Origin: Candidatus Aminicenantes bacterium
GTDB lineage: Bacteria; Acidobacteriota; Aminicenantia; Aminicenantales; Saccharicenantaceae
Assembly (NCBI GenBank): GCA_963743205.1
Contig: CAVUOW010000004.1
Location: forward strand, 422,978 to 486,977
Reading direction: 5' to 3'
DNA: 64,000 bases
Below the pieces are notes generated by a model that was not told where the DNA came from, searched no databases, and worked only from the letters and a program-made list of their open reading frames with translations. This document shows, piece after piece, positions 18,431 to 29,008 of this stretch. The position numbers were made by a program, and so were the translations under genes. Position 1 is the stretch's first letter, and each line of letters starts with the position of its first letter.

Positions 18431-19512
18431 GTGAAGATCTGCATCGTCGGCCTGCCCCAGTCAGGGAAGAGCTCGCTCTTTTCGGCCCTGACCGGCGCCT
18501 CCACCGAGACGGCCGCATCCAAGGGGGCCGATCCCATCGCCGTGGTCAAGGTCCCGGACCCGCGCCTCGAGAAACTGGCCGCGATCTTCAAGCCCAAAAA
18601 GAAAACAGCCGCGTCCATCGAATTCGTCGAGCTGCAAGGGATCTCGACCGGGGACCCGAAACAGACGACCTTCAGCGAGCAGTTCCTGGGCAAGCTCAGG
18701 ACGGCCGATGCCCTCCTCGCGGTCGTCCGGTCGTTCCGCGACCCGGCTGTGCCGCATCCGCGGGATTCGATCGACGCTCGGCGCGATCTGGCCGCCCTCG
18801 AGACCGAATTCCTCCTGAGCGACCTGGCCATCGTCGAGAGCCGGAGCGACCGGCTCCGGAAGCAGATCGCGGCCAAGAAGAGCGACCGCGACGTCCGGGA
18901 GCTCGCCGCCCTCGAGAAGTGCAAGGCCTCGCTCGACGCCGAGACGCCGCTCCGCCGCGTCGACCTGTCGGAGGATGAGGAGACGCTTCTCCGCGGCTTT
19001 CGCTTCCTGACCCGCAAACCCATCATTGCCGTCGTCAACCTTGACGAGGACGAGATCCGCCGCGAGCCCGAGATCCTCGCGCCCTTCGTCGATTGGGCCT
19101 CGGAGGGCGGTCCGCGGCGGTCGGCCTTTGCGCCCGGCTCGAGAGCGAGATCCGCCAGCTCCCCGAGCAGGACGCGCCGCAGTTCAGGTCCGATTTCGGC
19201 ATCGGGAGCTCCGCCCTCGACCGCCTCATCGCCACGGCCTACCGGATGATGGGCCTCATCTCCTTCTTCACGGTCGGCAGCGACGAGGTCAAGGCCTGGA
19301 CCGTCAGCGACGGGACGGTGGCCACCCGAGCCGCGGGGGTCATCCACTCCGATATCGAACGCGGTTTCATCCGGGCCGAAGTCGTCTCGTACGAGCATTT
19401 TATCGTCCACGGCGACATCGCCGGCTGCCGCACCGACGGGACCCTCCGCCTGGAGGGCAAGACTTATCCCGTCCGGGACGGCGACATTATCAATTTCCGC
19501 TTCGCCGTTTGA
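18431..19512 (+). CDS. ychF: YchF/Ola1-family ATPase, divergent, with a frameshift at about 19105
   Basis: GLPQSGKS, VPDPRL and FLTRKP in one frame; LISFFTVG, AAGVIHSDIERGFIRAE and RLEGKTY.V.DGDI in another. Adding one G to GGG at 19105-19107 joins them. Confidence 0.85.
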
Positions 19513-19583
19513 CCGGTCCCCTTCTCCCCCATCTTCCGGCTTGACTTTGGCCGCCGGGAAAACTAAATATAGGGGGAAATTCC

Positions 19584-20081
19584 ATGGCCCTAGTCATCTT
19601 CGTCATTCTCTCTGTCCTGTGCGTCGGCGCGGTCGTGGCCATGACCGTCTCGCGCAATCAGGCCCATAGCGCCCTGTTCCTGGTCCTCGCGTTCGCCTGT
19701 CTGGGCGGGATTTTCGGACTTCTCGATGCTCCCTTCGCCGCGGCGGTCCAGGTCCTGGTTTATGCCGGGGCCATCATGGTCCTGTTCCTTTTCGCCATCA
19801 TGATGTTCAACCTGCGCCGACCCGAGCCGCCGGAACGAAAACGCATCAGGGTCGTCCTGGTCGCCGCGCTGGCGGTGATCCTCTTGGTCGAGCTCATTCT
19901 CGCGGGAATGCGGGCGTTGGGGATCGTCAGCGCCGGGGCCGCTCCGCCGGGCGGGGATATCGCCCATCTCGGCCGGCTGCTCTTTTCGGACTATCTCTAC
20001 GCCTTCGAGATCAGCTCTCTTCTCATCCTGGCGGCCCTGGTCGGGGCTTTGGCCCTGGCCGGCAAAAAGGAGGGCGAGTGA
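19584..20081 (+). CDS. nuoJ: NADH-quinone oxidoreductase subunit J
   Basis: QVLVYAGAIMVLFLF and FEISSLLIL. Confidence 0.92.
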   Translation: MALVIFVILSVLCVGAVVAMTVSRNQAHSALFLVLAFACLGGIFGLLDAPFAAAVQVLVYAGAIMVLFLFAIMMFNLRRPEPPERKRIRVVLVAALAVILLVELILAGMRALGIVSAGAAPPGGDIAHLGRLLFSDYLYAFEISSLLILAALVGALALAGKKEGE

Positions 20082-20380
20082 TCCCTCCCGCCGCCTTCTT
20101 TGTCTTGGCCGCCGTTCTCTTCGTCCTCGGCATCATCGCGTTCTTCGTCAAGAAGGATCTATTGACCCAGTTCATGGCCGTTGAAATCATGCTCAACGCC
20201 GGCAATCTGGCCGTCCTGGCCCTGAGCAAGGCCTCGGGCACGGCGGACGGTCAGGCCCTCGTGCTCTTCGTCATCACCGTGGCGGCGGCGGAAGCCGTCA
20301 TCGGGCTGGCCATCATCGTCCTCGTCTTCCGCCAGAGGAAGTCCATCCGGACCGACGACCTCAAGGACCTGAAGGGATAG
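20078..20380 (+). CDS. nuoK: NADH-quinone oxidoreductase subunit K
   Basis: VEIMLNA, VAAAEAVIGLA, C-terminal LKG. Confidence 0.93.
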   Translation: MIPPAAFFVLAAVLFVLGIIAFFVKKDLLTQFMAVEIMLNAGNLAVLALSKASGTADGQALVLFVITVAAAEAVIGLAIIVLVFRQRKSIRTDDLKDLKG

Positions 20381-20381
20381 C

Positions 20382-22281
20382 ATGGCCGAACTCTTCTGGC
20401 TCATCCCGCTCATCCCCGGGGCGAGCGCCTTGGTGCTCCTGATCTTCGGCCGGAGGTTCTCCCGGGCTTGGATCGCGTTCCAGGCCTCGCTGGCTGTATT
20501 CGCCGCGCTCGTCCTTTCGATGACCGCCTTTCTTCGCCTGGCTCATCCGGGTCAGGGAGCTTCAGGGCTCGACAAAACGCTTATCCCCTGGATCTCGAGC
20601 GGATTATTCTCGTCATCGATTTCGTTCCAGCTCGACCAGCTCTCGGTGGTCATGGCCCTCGTCGTCACCGGCGTCGGCTTCCTCATCCACGTCTATTCCG
20701 CCGGGTACATGGCCGGCGACAAGGGCTACTCCCGGTATTTCGCCTTTCTCAACCTGTTCACCTTCTTCATGCTCGTCCTCGTCATGGCCTCCGACATCGT
20801 CCTGATGTTCGTCGGCTGGGAAGGGGTCGGGCTCTGCTCGTATCTCCTGATCGGCTTCTGGTTCGACCGTCCGGCCGCGTCCAAGGCCGGCATGAAGGCC
20901 TTCGTCGTCAACAGGATCGGTGACGCGGCCTTCATCATCGCCATCCTGTTCCTGCTGGCGACCGTCGGCCGGGCCGATATCGGCGCCATCAACGCGGCGC
21001 CCGGCGCGGGGGTCCTTTCGCCCGCCCTCGTCACCCTGATCGCCATCCTCCTGTTCGTGGGCGCCACCGGGAAATCGGCCCAGATCCCCCTTTACGTCTG
21101 GCTCCCGGACGCCATGGAGGGCCCGACCCCCGTCTCGGCGCTGATCCACGCCGCGACCATGGTCACGGCCGGCGTCTACATGGTCTGCCGCCTGAGCGGG
21201 CTGTACGCCGCCTCGGCCACGGCCTCCTCGGTTGTCGCCTGGGTGGGCGCGATCACGGCGGTTTTCGCGGCGACCATCGCCCTCGTCCAGAACGACATCA
21301 AACGGGTCCTGGCCTATTCGACGATCTCGCAGATCGGCACCATGTTCATCGGCTGCGGCGTCGGAGCTTACGCCGCCGGGATGTTCCACCTGGTGACCCA
21401 CGCCTTTTTCAAGAGCCTGCTCTTTCTCGCCGCGGGTAGCGTCATCCACGCCCTGGGAGGCGAGCAGGACATGCGACGCATGGGCGGGCTCAGGAAGAAG
21501 CTCCCCGTGACCTTCCCCGTGTTCCTCGTCGGCGCCCTGGCGATCTCCGGGGTCCCGGTTCCTATCCGGATTCTTCTCGAAGGACGCCATCCTGACAAGC
21601 GCGTTCGCCGGCGGTTATTACGCTCTCTATGCCTTCGGCCTGGCAGGGGCCATCCTGACGGCCTTCTACATGTTCCGGCTGATAGACATGACCTTCTACG
21701 GCGAGGAACGCGCATCCCTGGCGCCCGGCGTGCATGTTCACGAGCCGCCCAGGACGATGACCGTGCCGCTGGTCATCCTGGCCATTTTTTCGGCCCTGGC
21801 GGGGTTTATCGGACTGCCGGTCTTTTTCGGCGAGCGGGCCAACGTCTTCGGCCGTTTCCTCGAGGGCGTCCTCGGCGGCGCGCCGCATCGCCTTGCGACA
21901 TCGACCGAAGGCCTGCTCATCTTGGCCGCCACACTATCGGCCCTGCTGGGCATCTGGTTGGCCTTCATGTTCTATCGGAGATCCCCGCAGATTCCCGGGA
22001 ACTTGGCCCGTCGATTCCCCGGACTCTATCGCCTGCTTCTCGGCAAATACCATGTGGACGAAGCCTATGAAGCCGTCGTGGTCCGGCCTCTCGTCCGCGG
22101 CGCCGATTGGACTTATCGGCGTTTGGATCTCAAGGTCATCGACGGAGTTCTCAACGGGTCCGCGTCCGCCGCCGGCCTGGCCGGCAAGGGCCTGAACGTC
22201 CTCCAAAGCGGCCTGCTCCGCGATTACGCCCTGGCTTTCCTCCTGGGGGCGATCCTCTTCCTGGGGTTCCTGCTGCTATGA
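20382..22281 (+). CDS. nuoL: NADH-quinone oxidoreductase subunit L, with a frameshift at about 21558
   Basis: GWEGVG, KSAQIPL.VWLPDAMEGPTPVSALIHAATMV, THAFFK; removing one G at 21557-21558 restores GVPFLSGFFSKDAIL and joins the 21670-22281 frame. Confidence 0.9.
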
Positions 22282-23849
22282 ACGCTCTCGTCGCCGGCAT
22301 CCCCCTCGTCTCGCTCGTCACGTTTCTGCCGCTCGCCGGGGCGATCCTCATCGTCTTTGTCCGGGACAGGTCGATCAAGGCCATTCGGATAGCCGCCCTG
22401 GCCGTCTCCCTGCTGACATTCGTCCTGTCGATCGCGCTGTATTTTGGCTTCAGTGGCGCGTCGGGGCTTCCGGAATTCGTCGAACGGGCCTCCTGGCTCG
22501 GGCGCGGCCTCGACTATCACGTCGGCGTCGACGGCCTGAGCTTGTTCCTCGTCCTTCTGGCCGCTTTCCTGACCCCCTTGGCTCTTCTCTCTTCCTGGCG
22601 GGCCGTCGGCGACAGGGTCAAAGAGTTCTCCATCTTCATGCTCGTGCTCGAGACCGGCATGATCGGAGTCTTCGTCTCGCTGAACCTGTTCCTCTTTTAC
22701 GTCTTCTGGGAGGCCATGCTCATCCCGATGTACTTCCTGATCGGCATCTGGGGCGGGCGCCGGCGCATCTACGCGACGATGAAGTTCGTCCTGTTCACCA
22801 TGTTCGGCAGCCTGCTCATGCTCGTCGCGATCTTCGTCCTCCACGCCGCCTATTTCCGGGCCACGGGAAGCTACTCCCTGACGATCGCCGACCTGGCCGC
22901 GACATCGTTCGCTCCGGGCCTGCAGACGTGGCTCTTCCTGGCTTTCGGCCTGGCTTTCGCCATCAAGGTGCCCCTCTTCCCGCTCCACACCTGGCTCCCC
23001 GACGCCCATGTCGAAGCGCCCACGGCAGGCTCCGTCCTTCTGGCGGCGGTCCTGCTGAAGATGGGCGCGTACGGCTTCTTGCGGCTCGGCATCCCTCTCT
23101 TTCCCCAGGCGGCGGTCACCTTCGCCCCGGCCCTGTCGATCCTGGCCTTGATCGGGATCATCTACGGCGGCCTGATGGCCCTCGTCCAGAAGGACATGAA
23201 GTCCCTGGTGGCCTATTCGAGCGTCAGCCACATGGGACTTATCTGTCTGGCCATCTTCTCCCTCAATTTCGAGGCGACCGAGGGCGCTCTTTTCCAGATG
23301 CTCAACCACGGCCTGAGCACGGGGGCCCTGTTCCTCTGCGTCGGCATCCTCTACGAGAGGACCCACACCCGGCTCATCAAGGACTATGGCGGCACGGCGG
23401 CCCGCATGCCCGTTTTCGCCGGGCTGTTCCTGGTCTCGATGCTGTCGTCGGCCGGCCTGCCCGGGCTCAACGGCTTCGTCGGCGAGATCCTGAGCTTCTT
23501 CGGCATCTTCGAATCGAACAGGATCCTGGCCGCCCTCGGCGTTTCGACCGTCATCCTCTCGGCCGCCTATCTCCTCTGGCTCTACCGGCGGGTCATGCAC
23601 GGCCCGCTCAAGGACCCGCAGGATACGAGGCTGCGCGATCTCGACCGGCGCGAGCTCGCGGTCCTCATCCCGATCATCGTCCTCATGGTCTTCCTGGGAC
23701 TCTTCCCGGGGACGATCCTGCGAAAGATGGACGCCTCCGTCTCCCATTACCTCGACGCCGCGAAGGCCAAGCCCGCCAATGCGTCGACCCCGGCCATCTC
23801 CTTGCCGACCGCCGTCCAAGCGGCGGCCGTCACGGAGCCGGAGCGCTAG
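22278..23849 (+). CDS. nuoM: NADH-quinone oxidoreductase subunit M
   Basis: FWEAMLIPMY, WLPDAHVEAPTAGS, LLKMG, AYSSVSHMG; ATGA-coupled to nuoL. Confidence 0.93.
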   Translation: MNALVAGIPLVSLVTFLPLAGAILIVFVRDRSIKAIRIAALAVSLLTFVLSIALYFGFSGASGLPEFVERASWLGRGLDYHVGVDGLSLFLVLLAAFLTPLALLSSWRAVGDRVKEFSIFMLVLETGMIGVFVSLNLFLFYVFWEAMLIPMYFLIGIWGGRRRIYATMKFVLFTMFGSLLMLVAIFVLHAAYFRATGSYSLTIADLAATSFAPGLQTWLFLAFGLAFAIKVPLFPLHTWLPDAHVEAPTAGSVLLAAVLLKMGAYGFLRLGIPLFPQAAVTFAPALSILALIGIIYGGLMALVQKDMKSLVAYSSVSHMGLICLAIFSLNFEATEGALFQMLNHGLSTGALFLCVGILYERTHTRLIKDYGGTAARMPVFAGLFLVSMLSSAGLPGLNGFVGEILSFFGIFESNRILAALGVSTVILSAAYLLWLYRRVMHGPLKDPQDTRLRDLDRRELAVLIPIIVLMVFLGLFPGTILRKMDASVSHYLDAAKAKPANASTPAISLPTAVQAAAVTEPER

Positions 23850-23850
23850 C

Positions 23851-25281
23851 ATGTCAGCCATGGCCCTGGCTCCCCTCGTCTCCGTGGTCGCCGGCGCGCT
23901 TGCGGCCCTTCTTTTTGAAGCGTTCCTGAAGCGCAAGGACCACGAGGTGTCCGCAACGGCGGCCATCATTTCTCTCTTCATCACCGCATTCCTCGTCGTC
24001 CGTTCCTGGGGACTCGAGCTGGCCTATTTTGACGGGCGGCTGGCCCTCGATCCGCTCGCCCTCCTGCTCATGGCCGTCTTTGTTCTGATCGCGACATTTG
24101 TCCTGCTGATGAGCCTCGAGTACGCCCCGCGCCGGGACATCAACCTCGGCCAGCTCTGCGGGTTGCTGCTCCTGGCCGTGTCGGGCCTGATGATCATGGT
24201 CTCGTCGACGGACTGGCTGGTCGTCTTCCTCGGGCTCGAGGTCCTCTCGGTCGCCTCCTACGCGCTCACCGGCATCAGGCGGAACGACCGGGCCTCCTCC
24301 GAAGCGGCAGCGAAATACTTCCTCATGGGCAGCTTTGCCGGCGCCTTTTTCGTCTTCGGCCTGGCCATGCTTTTCGGGACCACGGGCGATCTGAGCCTTG
24401 CCGCCAGCCTCTCGGGCCCCGGCGGCCCGGCCGGACCCCCGGCCCTTGCCTCGGTGTTCGGATTGGGCCTGATCGTGGCCGCTCTCTTCTTCAAGATCGC
24501 CATCGTCCCCTTCCACATGTGGGCGCCGGACGTCTATCAAGGCGCTCCGACTCCCGTCACCGCCTTCCTGACGATCGCGCCCAAGGCCGCGGGGCTGGTC
24601 GTTCTTTTCCGCGTTCTGGCCCCCCTCCCGGGCCGCAGCGGGTCGGCAACGCTTCTCATGCAGGCCGTGGCGATCGCCGCCGTCCTGACCATGTTCGTAG
24701 GGAATCTGGCCGCCTTGAGGCAGAAGGATGTCAAAAGGCTCCTGGCCTATTCGGCCATCGCCCATTCGGGCTATCTCCTCGTCGCGGTCGTCTCAGGAGA
24801 CGGGCCCGGCCTCGTCTTCTACATCATCGCCTACACGTTCATGAATGCAGGGGCGTTCGGTGTCCTGGCAGCGTTATCCGGGAAGAACGAGGAGCGGACG
24901 TCGCTCGCCGACCTTGCCGGCTTGGGGCGCAGGCATCCCTGGCTGGCCGCGAGCCTGGCTGTTTTTCTCTTGTCGCTGGCCGGCATCCCCCCCACGGCCG
25001 GTTTCCTGGGAAAATTCTATATCTTCAGCGCCGCAGTCGCGAAGGGGCACGTGCTCCTGGCCGTGGCGGCCGTCCTGGCCAGCCTCATCGCGGTCGCCTA
25101 CTACCTGAAGATCATCGTCGCGATGTACATGCAGGACACCGAAACTGAGCCCGCCATCGACCGCGATAACCCGGCCCTCTACCTGGTCATCTTTCTGTGC
25201 CTCTTCGGGGTCGCCCAGCTCGGGCTGTGGCCCGGGAATCTTCTGACCCTGATCCGCCAGGCGTTTATCGGCTTGTTCTAA
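23851..25281 (+). CDS. nuoN: NADH-quinone oxidoreductase subunit N
   Basis: EAAAKYF, PFHMWAPDVYQGAPT, KRLLAYSAIAH, GIPPTAGF.GK. Confidence 0.93.
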   Translation: MSAMALAPLVSVVAGALAALLFEAFLKRKDHEVSATAAIISLFITAFLVVRSWGLELAYFDGRLALDPLALLLMAVFVLIATFVLLMSLEYAPRRDINLGQLCGLLLLAVSGLMIMVSSTDWLVVFLGLEVLSVASYALTGIRRNDRASSEAAAKYFLMGSFAGAFFVFGLAMLFGTTGDLSLAASLSGPGGPAGPPALASVFGLGLIVAALFFKIAIVPFHMWAPDVYQGAPTPVTAFLTIAPKAAGLVVLFRVLAPLPGRSGSATLLMQAVAIAAVLTMFVGNLAALRQKDVKRLLAYSAIAHSGYLLVAVVSGDGPGLVFYIIAYTFMNAGAFGVLAALSGKNEERTSLADLAGLGRRHPWLAASLAVFLLSLAGIPPTAGFLGKFYIFSAAVAKGHVLLAVAAVLASLIAVAYYLKIIVAMYMQDTETEPAIDRDNPALYLVIFLCLFGVAQLGLWPGNLLTLIRQAFIGLF

Positions 25282-25297
25282 TCCAGTCCGCCCTCGC

Positions 25298-25894
25298 TCA
25301 ATATTCCTTCTTCTTGAGCCTCTCGCCAAGGCTCTCGGCCCGATAATAGACATTGACCACATATTGGTCCCCCGTATCGTCGGCAAACCAGGTCACTCCG
25401 AAATCGACCGATAGGCCGTATTTGTCCGATGTCTTGCTGTCTACAAGATCCCACATGGCCCCTTCCTGGGGGTGCTCTTTTCCGTCATTTGTTTTGATCT
25501 TATCGGATCTGCGGCTCGTGGGCGGGCCGTATTTATCGCTCAGGTCCTGGACGATCCGCAGGAATGTCTGTTGCGGCGCGACAGGATGGCCGGAGCGCGC
25601 GCAATAGTTGGCCGAGGCGCTGTAGAAGGCATTGGCCAGCAAACGGAACGTCAGCTGGCAGGGCTCCCCGGCGAAAGCCCCCTTAAAGACCAATTGGCCC
25701 GATTCGGCGCCTTTGAGCTGCCGATAGCCGCGCTCCTTCATCGCCTTGACGACCTGGTCCGTGTTGGCGCCCCAGGGGACTCCCAGGAACCCATCGGGGA
25801 CGATGCCGGCTTGGGGATCCTCGGGGAACGTCAAGACCGGTGCGAAAAGCAAAATGAAGACGAGGGTCCACCGGAGTGCTTTTGTCGTTTTCAT
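25298..25894 (-). CDS. Hypothetical secreted protein
   Basis: GGAGGTGG SD, Sec-type signal peptide, GFLGVPWG motif; no family recognised. Confidence 0.65.
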   Translation of the reverse strand: MKTTKALRWTLVFILLFAPVLTFPEDPQAGIVPDGFLGVPWGANTDQVVKAMKERGYRQLKGAESGQLVFKGAFAGEPCQLTFRLLANAFYSASANYCARSGHPVAPQQTFLRIVQDLSDKYGPPTSRRSDKIKTNDGKEHPQEGAMWDLVDSKTSDKYGLSVDFGVTWFADDTGDQYVVNVYYRAESLGERLKKKEY

Positions 25895-25917
25895 CGCCAC
25901 CTCCAAGTCCAAGGCGT

Positions 25918-27148
25918 CTAATCCAGCTGTTTACCGGCCGTCTCGGGAATTCCGACCCAGAAAAGCGCCGCCGCCAGGAAGGCCGCGGCAATCATGATGA
26001 ACGAGAATCCGAATCCCTTCGTCTGGGCCAAGGAGCCGACGACAAAGGGGGCCGCCGCGCTGACGATGCGGCCGGTGTTGTACGTGATGCCCTGGGCCGT
26101 GGCCCGGACCGCCGTCGGATAGATCTCCGCGGTCAGGGCTCCGAAACCGGTGAAATAGCCGGTGCCGAAGAAAGCCACGAACGGCCCCAGGACAAGGAGC
26201 AACAGCGGCTCCCTTGTCCTCGAATAGAGGAGCATGAAGGCTGCGGCGGCGATGAGAAAGCCCACGTAGGACCTTTTCCGCCCCAGCCGGTCGCTGATGA
26301 ATCCGAAGGTGATGTAGCCCAGCCACATGCCGGCCTGCATGAAGATGACCAGGCCGGACATCGTCCGGGTGGAGAGGCCGATCCCGCCCTCTGCCGCAGG
26401 CATGGACAAGTAAGCCGGAAGCCAGAGGTTGAATCCCCACCAGGCGAACATCGTGCAGGCGTTCATCAGGGTGACGAAGATGGTCAGGCGTAGCCGCTTT
26501 CGCCCGAAGATCTCGCCGAACCCGGCCCTGACCTTTGGCGCGGCCGCCCGGGCGGTCTTCCAGATCTCGGGTTCCCGGACCCTTCTCTGGATCCAGAGGG
26601 TGAAGAAGGCCGGCAGGACGCCGACGAAGAAGACTCCCCGCCAACCCCAGACGGGCAGGACGACGGCCGCGACGGCCGCCGCCAGGGCATAGCCGACGGC
26701 CCACGAGCTCTGGACGATCCCCAGGGCTTTGCCGCGATGTTTGGCCGGCCAGGTCTCGCAGACGAGCGATGCGCCGCTGGCCCACTCCCCGCCCATCCCG
26801 AGACCGAGGAAGACTCGGAAGACGGCCAGCATGAAGACGCCCGTGGCGAAACCGCAGGCGGCCGTGAAGATCGAATAGATGACGATGCTGGCCATGAGGG
26901 CCTTCCGGCGCCCGAAGCGGTCGGCCAGGACGCCGAAGACGAGGCCCCCGACGGCCGAAGCGGCCAGGGTCAACGAGCCCAGCAACCCCGCCATTGTTTT
27001 GGCCATACCCATATCGGACATCAGGGCCGCCAAGACCATGGCATAGAGCATGACGTCGAAGGAGTCCAGCATCCAGCCGAGACGAGGCGGCGACGAGCGC
27101 TCGGCGGGCGTCCGGCGGCGCCTCTTTCCACCATGCGAAACGCGTCAT
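25918..27148 (-). CDS. MFS transporter (sialate/aromatic acid:H+ symporter-like), with a frameshift at about 27082
   Basis: GVLADRFGRR, GLGMGGEW, EIYPT.VRAT; removing one base at about 27082 restores ALVAASLGWMLDSFD. Confidence 0.87.
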
Positions 27149-27174
27149 CGACGGCTTGCTCCCTTATGAAAAGA

Positions 27175-27563
27175 AACGGCCGGAGCGGGTCGTAAGCCGG
27201 ATCCTGTCCCCGCTTGCGCGGGCGACGGTCATTTGTCTAGTCCCGGGATTGCTCCCGGGATCCAGCGGCCGACCCGCCCCCTGGGACGGGCCGTCCCAAA
27301 ATGGGGCTCGTTTGGCCTTGCTCCGGATGGGGTTTGCCCTGCCCCCGGCGTCGCCGTCGGGGCGGTGAGCTCTTACCTCGCCATTTCACCCTTACCTCCC
27401 CAGGGACGCTCACGCGTCACGGAGGGCGGTGTCTTTTCTGTGGCACTTTCCCCCGGTCGCCCGGAGTCGCTGTTAGCGACCATCCTGCCCTTCGGAGTCC
27501 GGACTTTCCTCCTCTCCTCCCTCGCGGGAAGGAGAGGCGACCGTCTCGCCCACTCCGGCCGTT
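27175..27563 (-). ncRNA. rnpB: RNase P RNA (bacterial type A)
   Basis: Minus strand GAGGAAAGTCCGGAC, AGTGCCACAGAAA, GGTAAGGGTGAAA, GGCAAACCCC...GGAGCAAG, CTAGACAAATGA, ACAGGATCCGGCTTA; complementary P1 ends. Confidence 0.96.
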
Positions 27564-28927
27564 ATCTTTATACCGTATTGCTCGAGCTTTTTATAGAGGT
27601 TCGACCGCGGCGTGTCGATCTCCCGGGCCGTCTGCGAGATGTTCCAGGCGTTGGCCTCGAGCTTGGCCAGCAGGAAATCGCGTTCGGCGAGATCGCGGAA
27701 CTCGCGCAGCGTCTTGACCCCGGCGGCGTCCGGCAGGCCGGCTTCGGCCTTATCCCGCAGCGGCTCCGGCAGGTCCTTGCGCTCGATCGTGTCGCGGTCG
27801 GTCATGATCAGCAGTCGCTCGACGATGTTCTTGAGCTCGCGGACGTTGCCCTTCCAGGCGAAGGCGCTCATGGCCTCCAGAGCGTCCGGGGAGAACTTCC
27901 GCGGCCGGAAGTTGTTCTCCTCGGCGAAGGTCCTCGAAAAATAGTCGACGAGAAGCGGGATGTCCTCTTTTCTCTCCCGCAGGGACGGCGAATAGAGCGG
28001 GACGACGTTCAGGCGGAAGAAGAGGTCATCCCGGAAGCGGCCCTCCTGGATCTCCTTCCGGAGGTCCTTGTTGGTCGCGGCGATGACCCGGACGTCGACC
28101 TTGGAGATCTTGCTCGAGCCGACCTTCTGGACTTCGCCCTCCTCGAGGACGCGGAGGACCTTGGACTGGGTCCGGAGGCTCATGTCGCCGATCTCGTCGA
28201 GGAAGATCGTGCCGCCGTCGGCCTGCTCGAACTTGCCCGTCTTCTTCTCCGTCGCCCCGGTGAAGGCCCCCTTCTCGTGACCGAAGAGCTCCGATTCGAT
28301 GAGCTCCTCGGGGATGGCCGCGCAGTTGACCTGGACGAACGGCTCGCGGACCCTCAGGCTGTGGGCGTGGATGGACCGGGCGACGAGCTCCTTGCCGGTG
28401 CCGCTCTCGCCGTGGATGAGCACGGTGGTGTTGGTCGGGGCGATCTTGAGGATCTCCTTCCAGAGGTTCTGGATGAGGGGGTGGTGGCCGATGATCTCGT
28501 AGTGCTTTTCGGCCTTCTTCTTGAGGTCCTGGCACTCCCGGCTGAGGCTCGTCTGCTTGAGGGCGTTGCGGATGCTGATGAGGACCCGCTCGCGGTGGAG
28601 CGGCTTCTCCAGGAAATCGAAGGCCCCGAGCTTGGTCGCTTCGACGGCCGTTTGGATCGTCCCCTGGCCCGAGATCATGATGACCTCCGGCACGAACGGC
28701 CGCGTCCGCAGCTCGGCCAGGACCTCGAGGCCGCTTTTCCCCGGCATCTTGATGTCGAGCAACACCAGATCGACGCCGACCGTCTCCTGAAGCATCTCCA
28801 GGCCGTCCTCGCCGGTCGCGGCCTCGAAGAACTCGTAGCCCTCGTACTCGAGGATCATCTTCAGGGATTTGCGGATGTTCTCTTCGTCGTCGATGACCAG
28901 GATCCTGGCTTTCCTCTCGGGTCTCAT
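27473..28927 (-). CDS. Sigma54-dependent response regulator (NtrC/NtrX-like: REC-AAA+-HTH)
   Basis: LVIDDE, LLDIKMP, GESGTGKE, ELFGHEKGAFTGA, FLDEIG, WKGNVREL, Fis-type HTH. Confidence 0.94.
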   Translation of the reverse strand: MRPERKARILVIDDEENIRKSLKMILEYEGYEFFEAATGEDGLEMLQETVGVDLVLLDIKMPGKSGLEVLAELRTRPFVPEVIMISGQGTIQTAVEATKLGAFDFLEKPLHRERVLISIRNALKQTSLSRECQDLKKKAEKHYEIIGHHPLIQNLWKEILKIAPTNTTVLIHGESGTGKELVARSIHAHSLRVREPFVQVNCAAIPEELIESELFGHEKGAFTGATEKKTGKFEQADGGTIFLDEIGDMSLRTQSKVLRVLEEGEVQKVGSSKISKVDVRVIAATNKDLRKEIQEGRFRDDLFFRLNVVPLYSPSLRERKEDIPLLVDYFSRTFAEENNFRPRKFSPDALEAMSAFAWKGNVRELKNIVERLLIMTDRDTIERKDLPEPLRDKAEAGLPDAAGVKTLREFRDLAERDFLLAKLEANAWNISQTAREIDTPRSNLYKKLEQYGIKITAGVGETVASPSREGGEEESPDSEGQDGR

Positions 28928-29008
28928 CGCGCTAACCTCTTTGGCCGATTCTAGCACACTCTCCGCACCTTGTGATAGACTGGCTTCAGACCCTCCGAAG
29001 GCTTAGCC

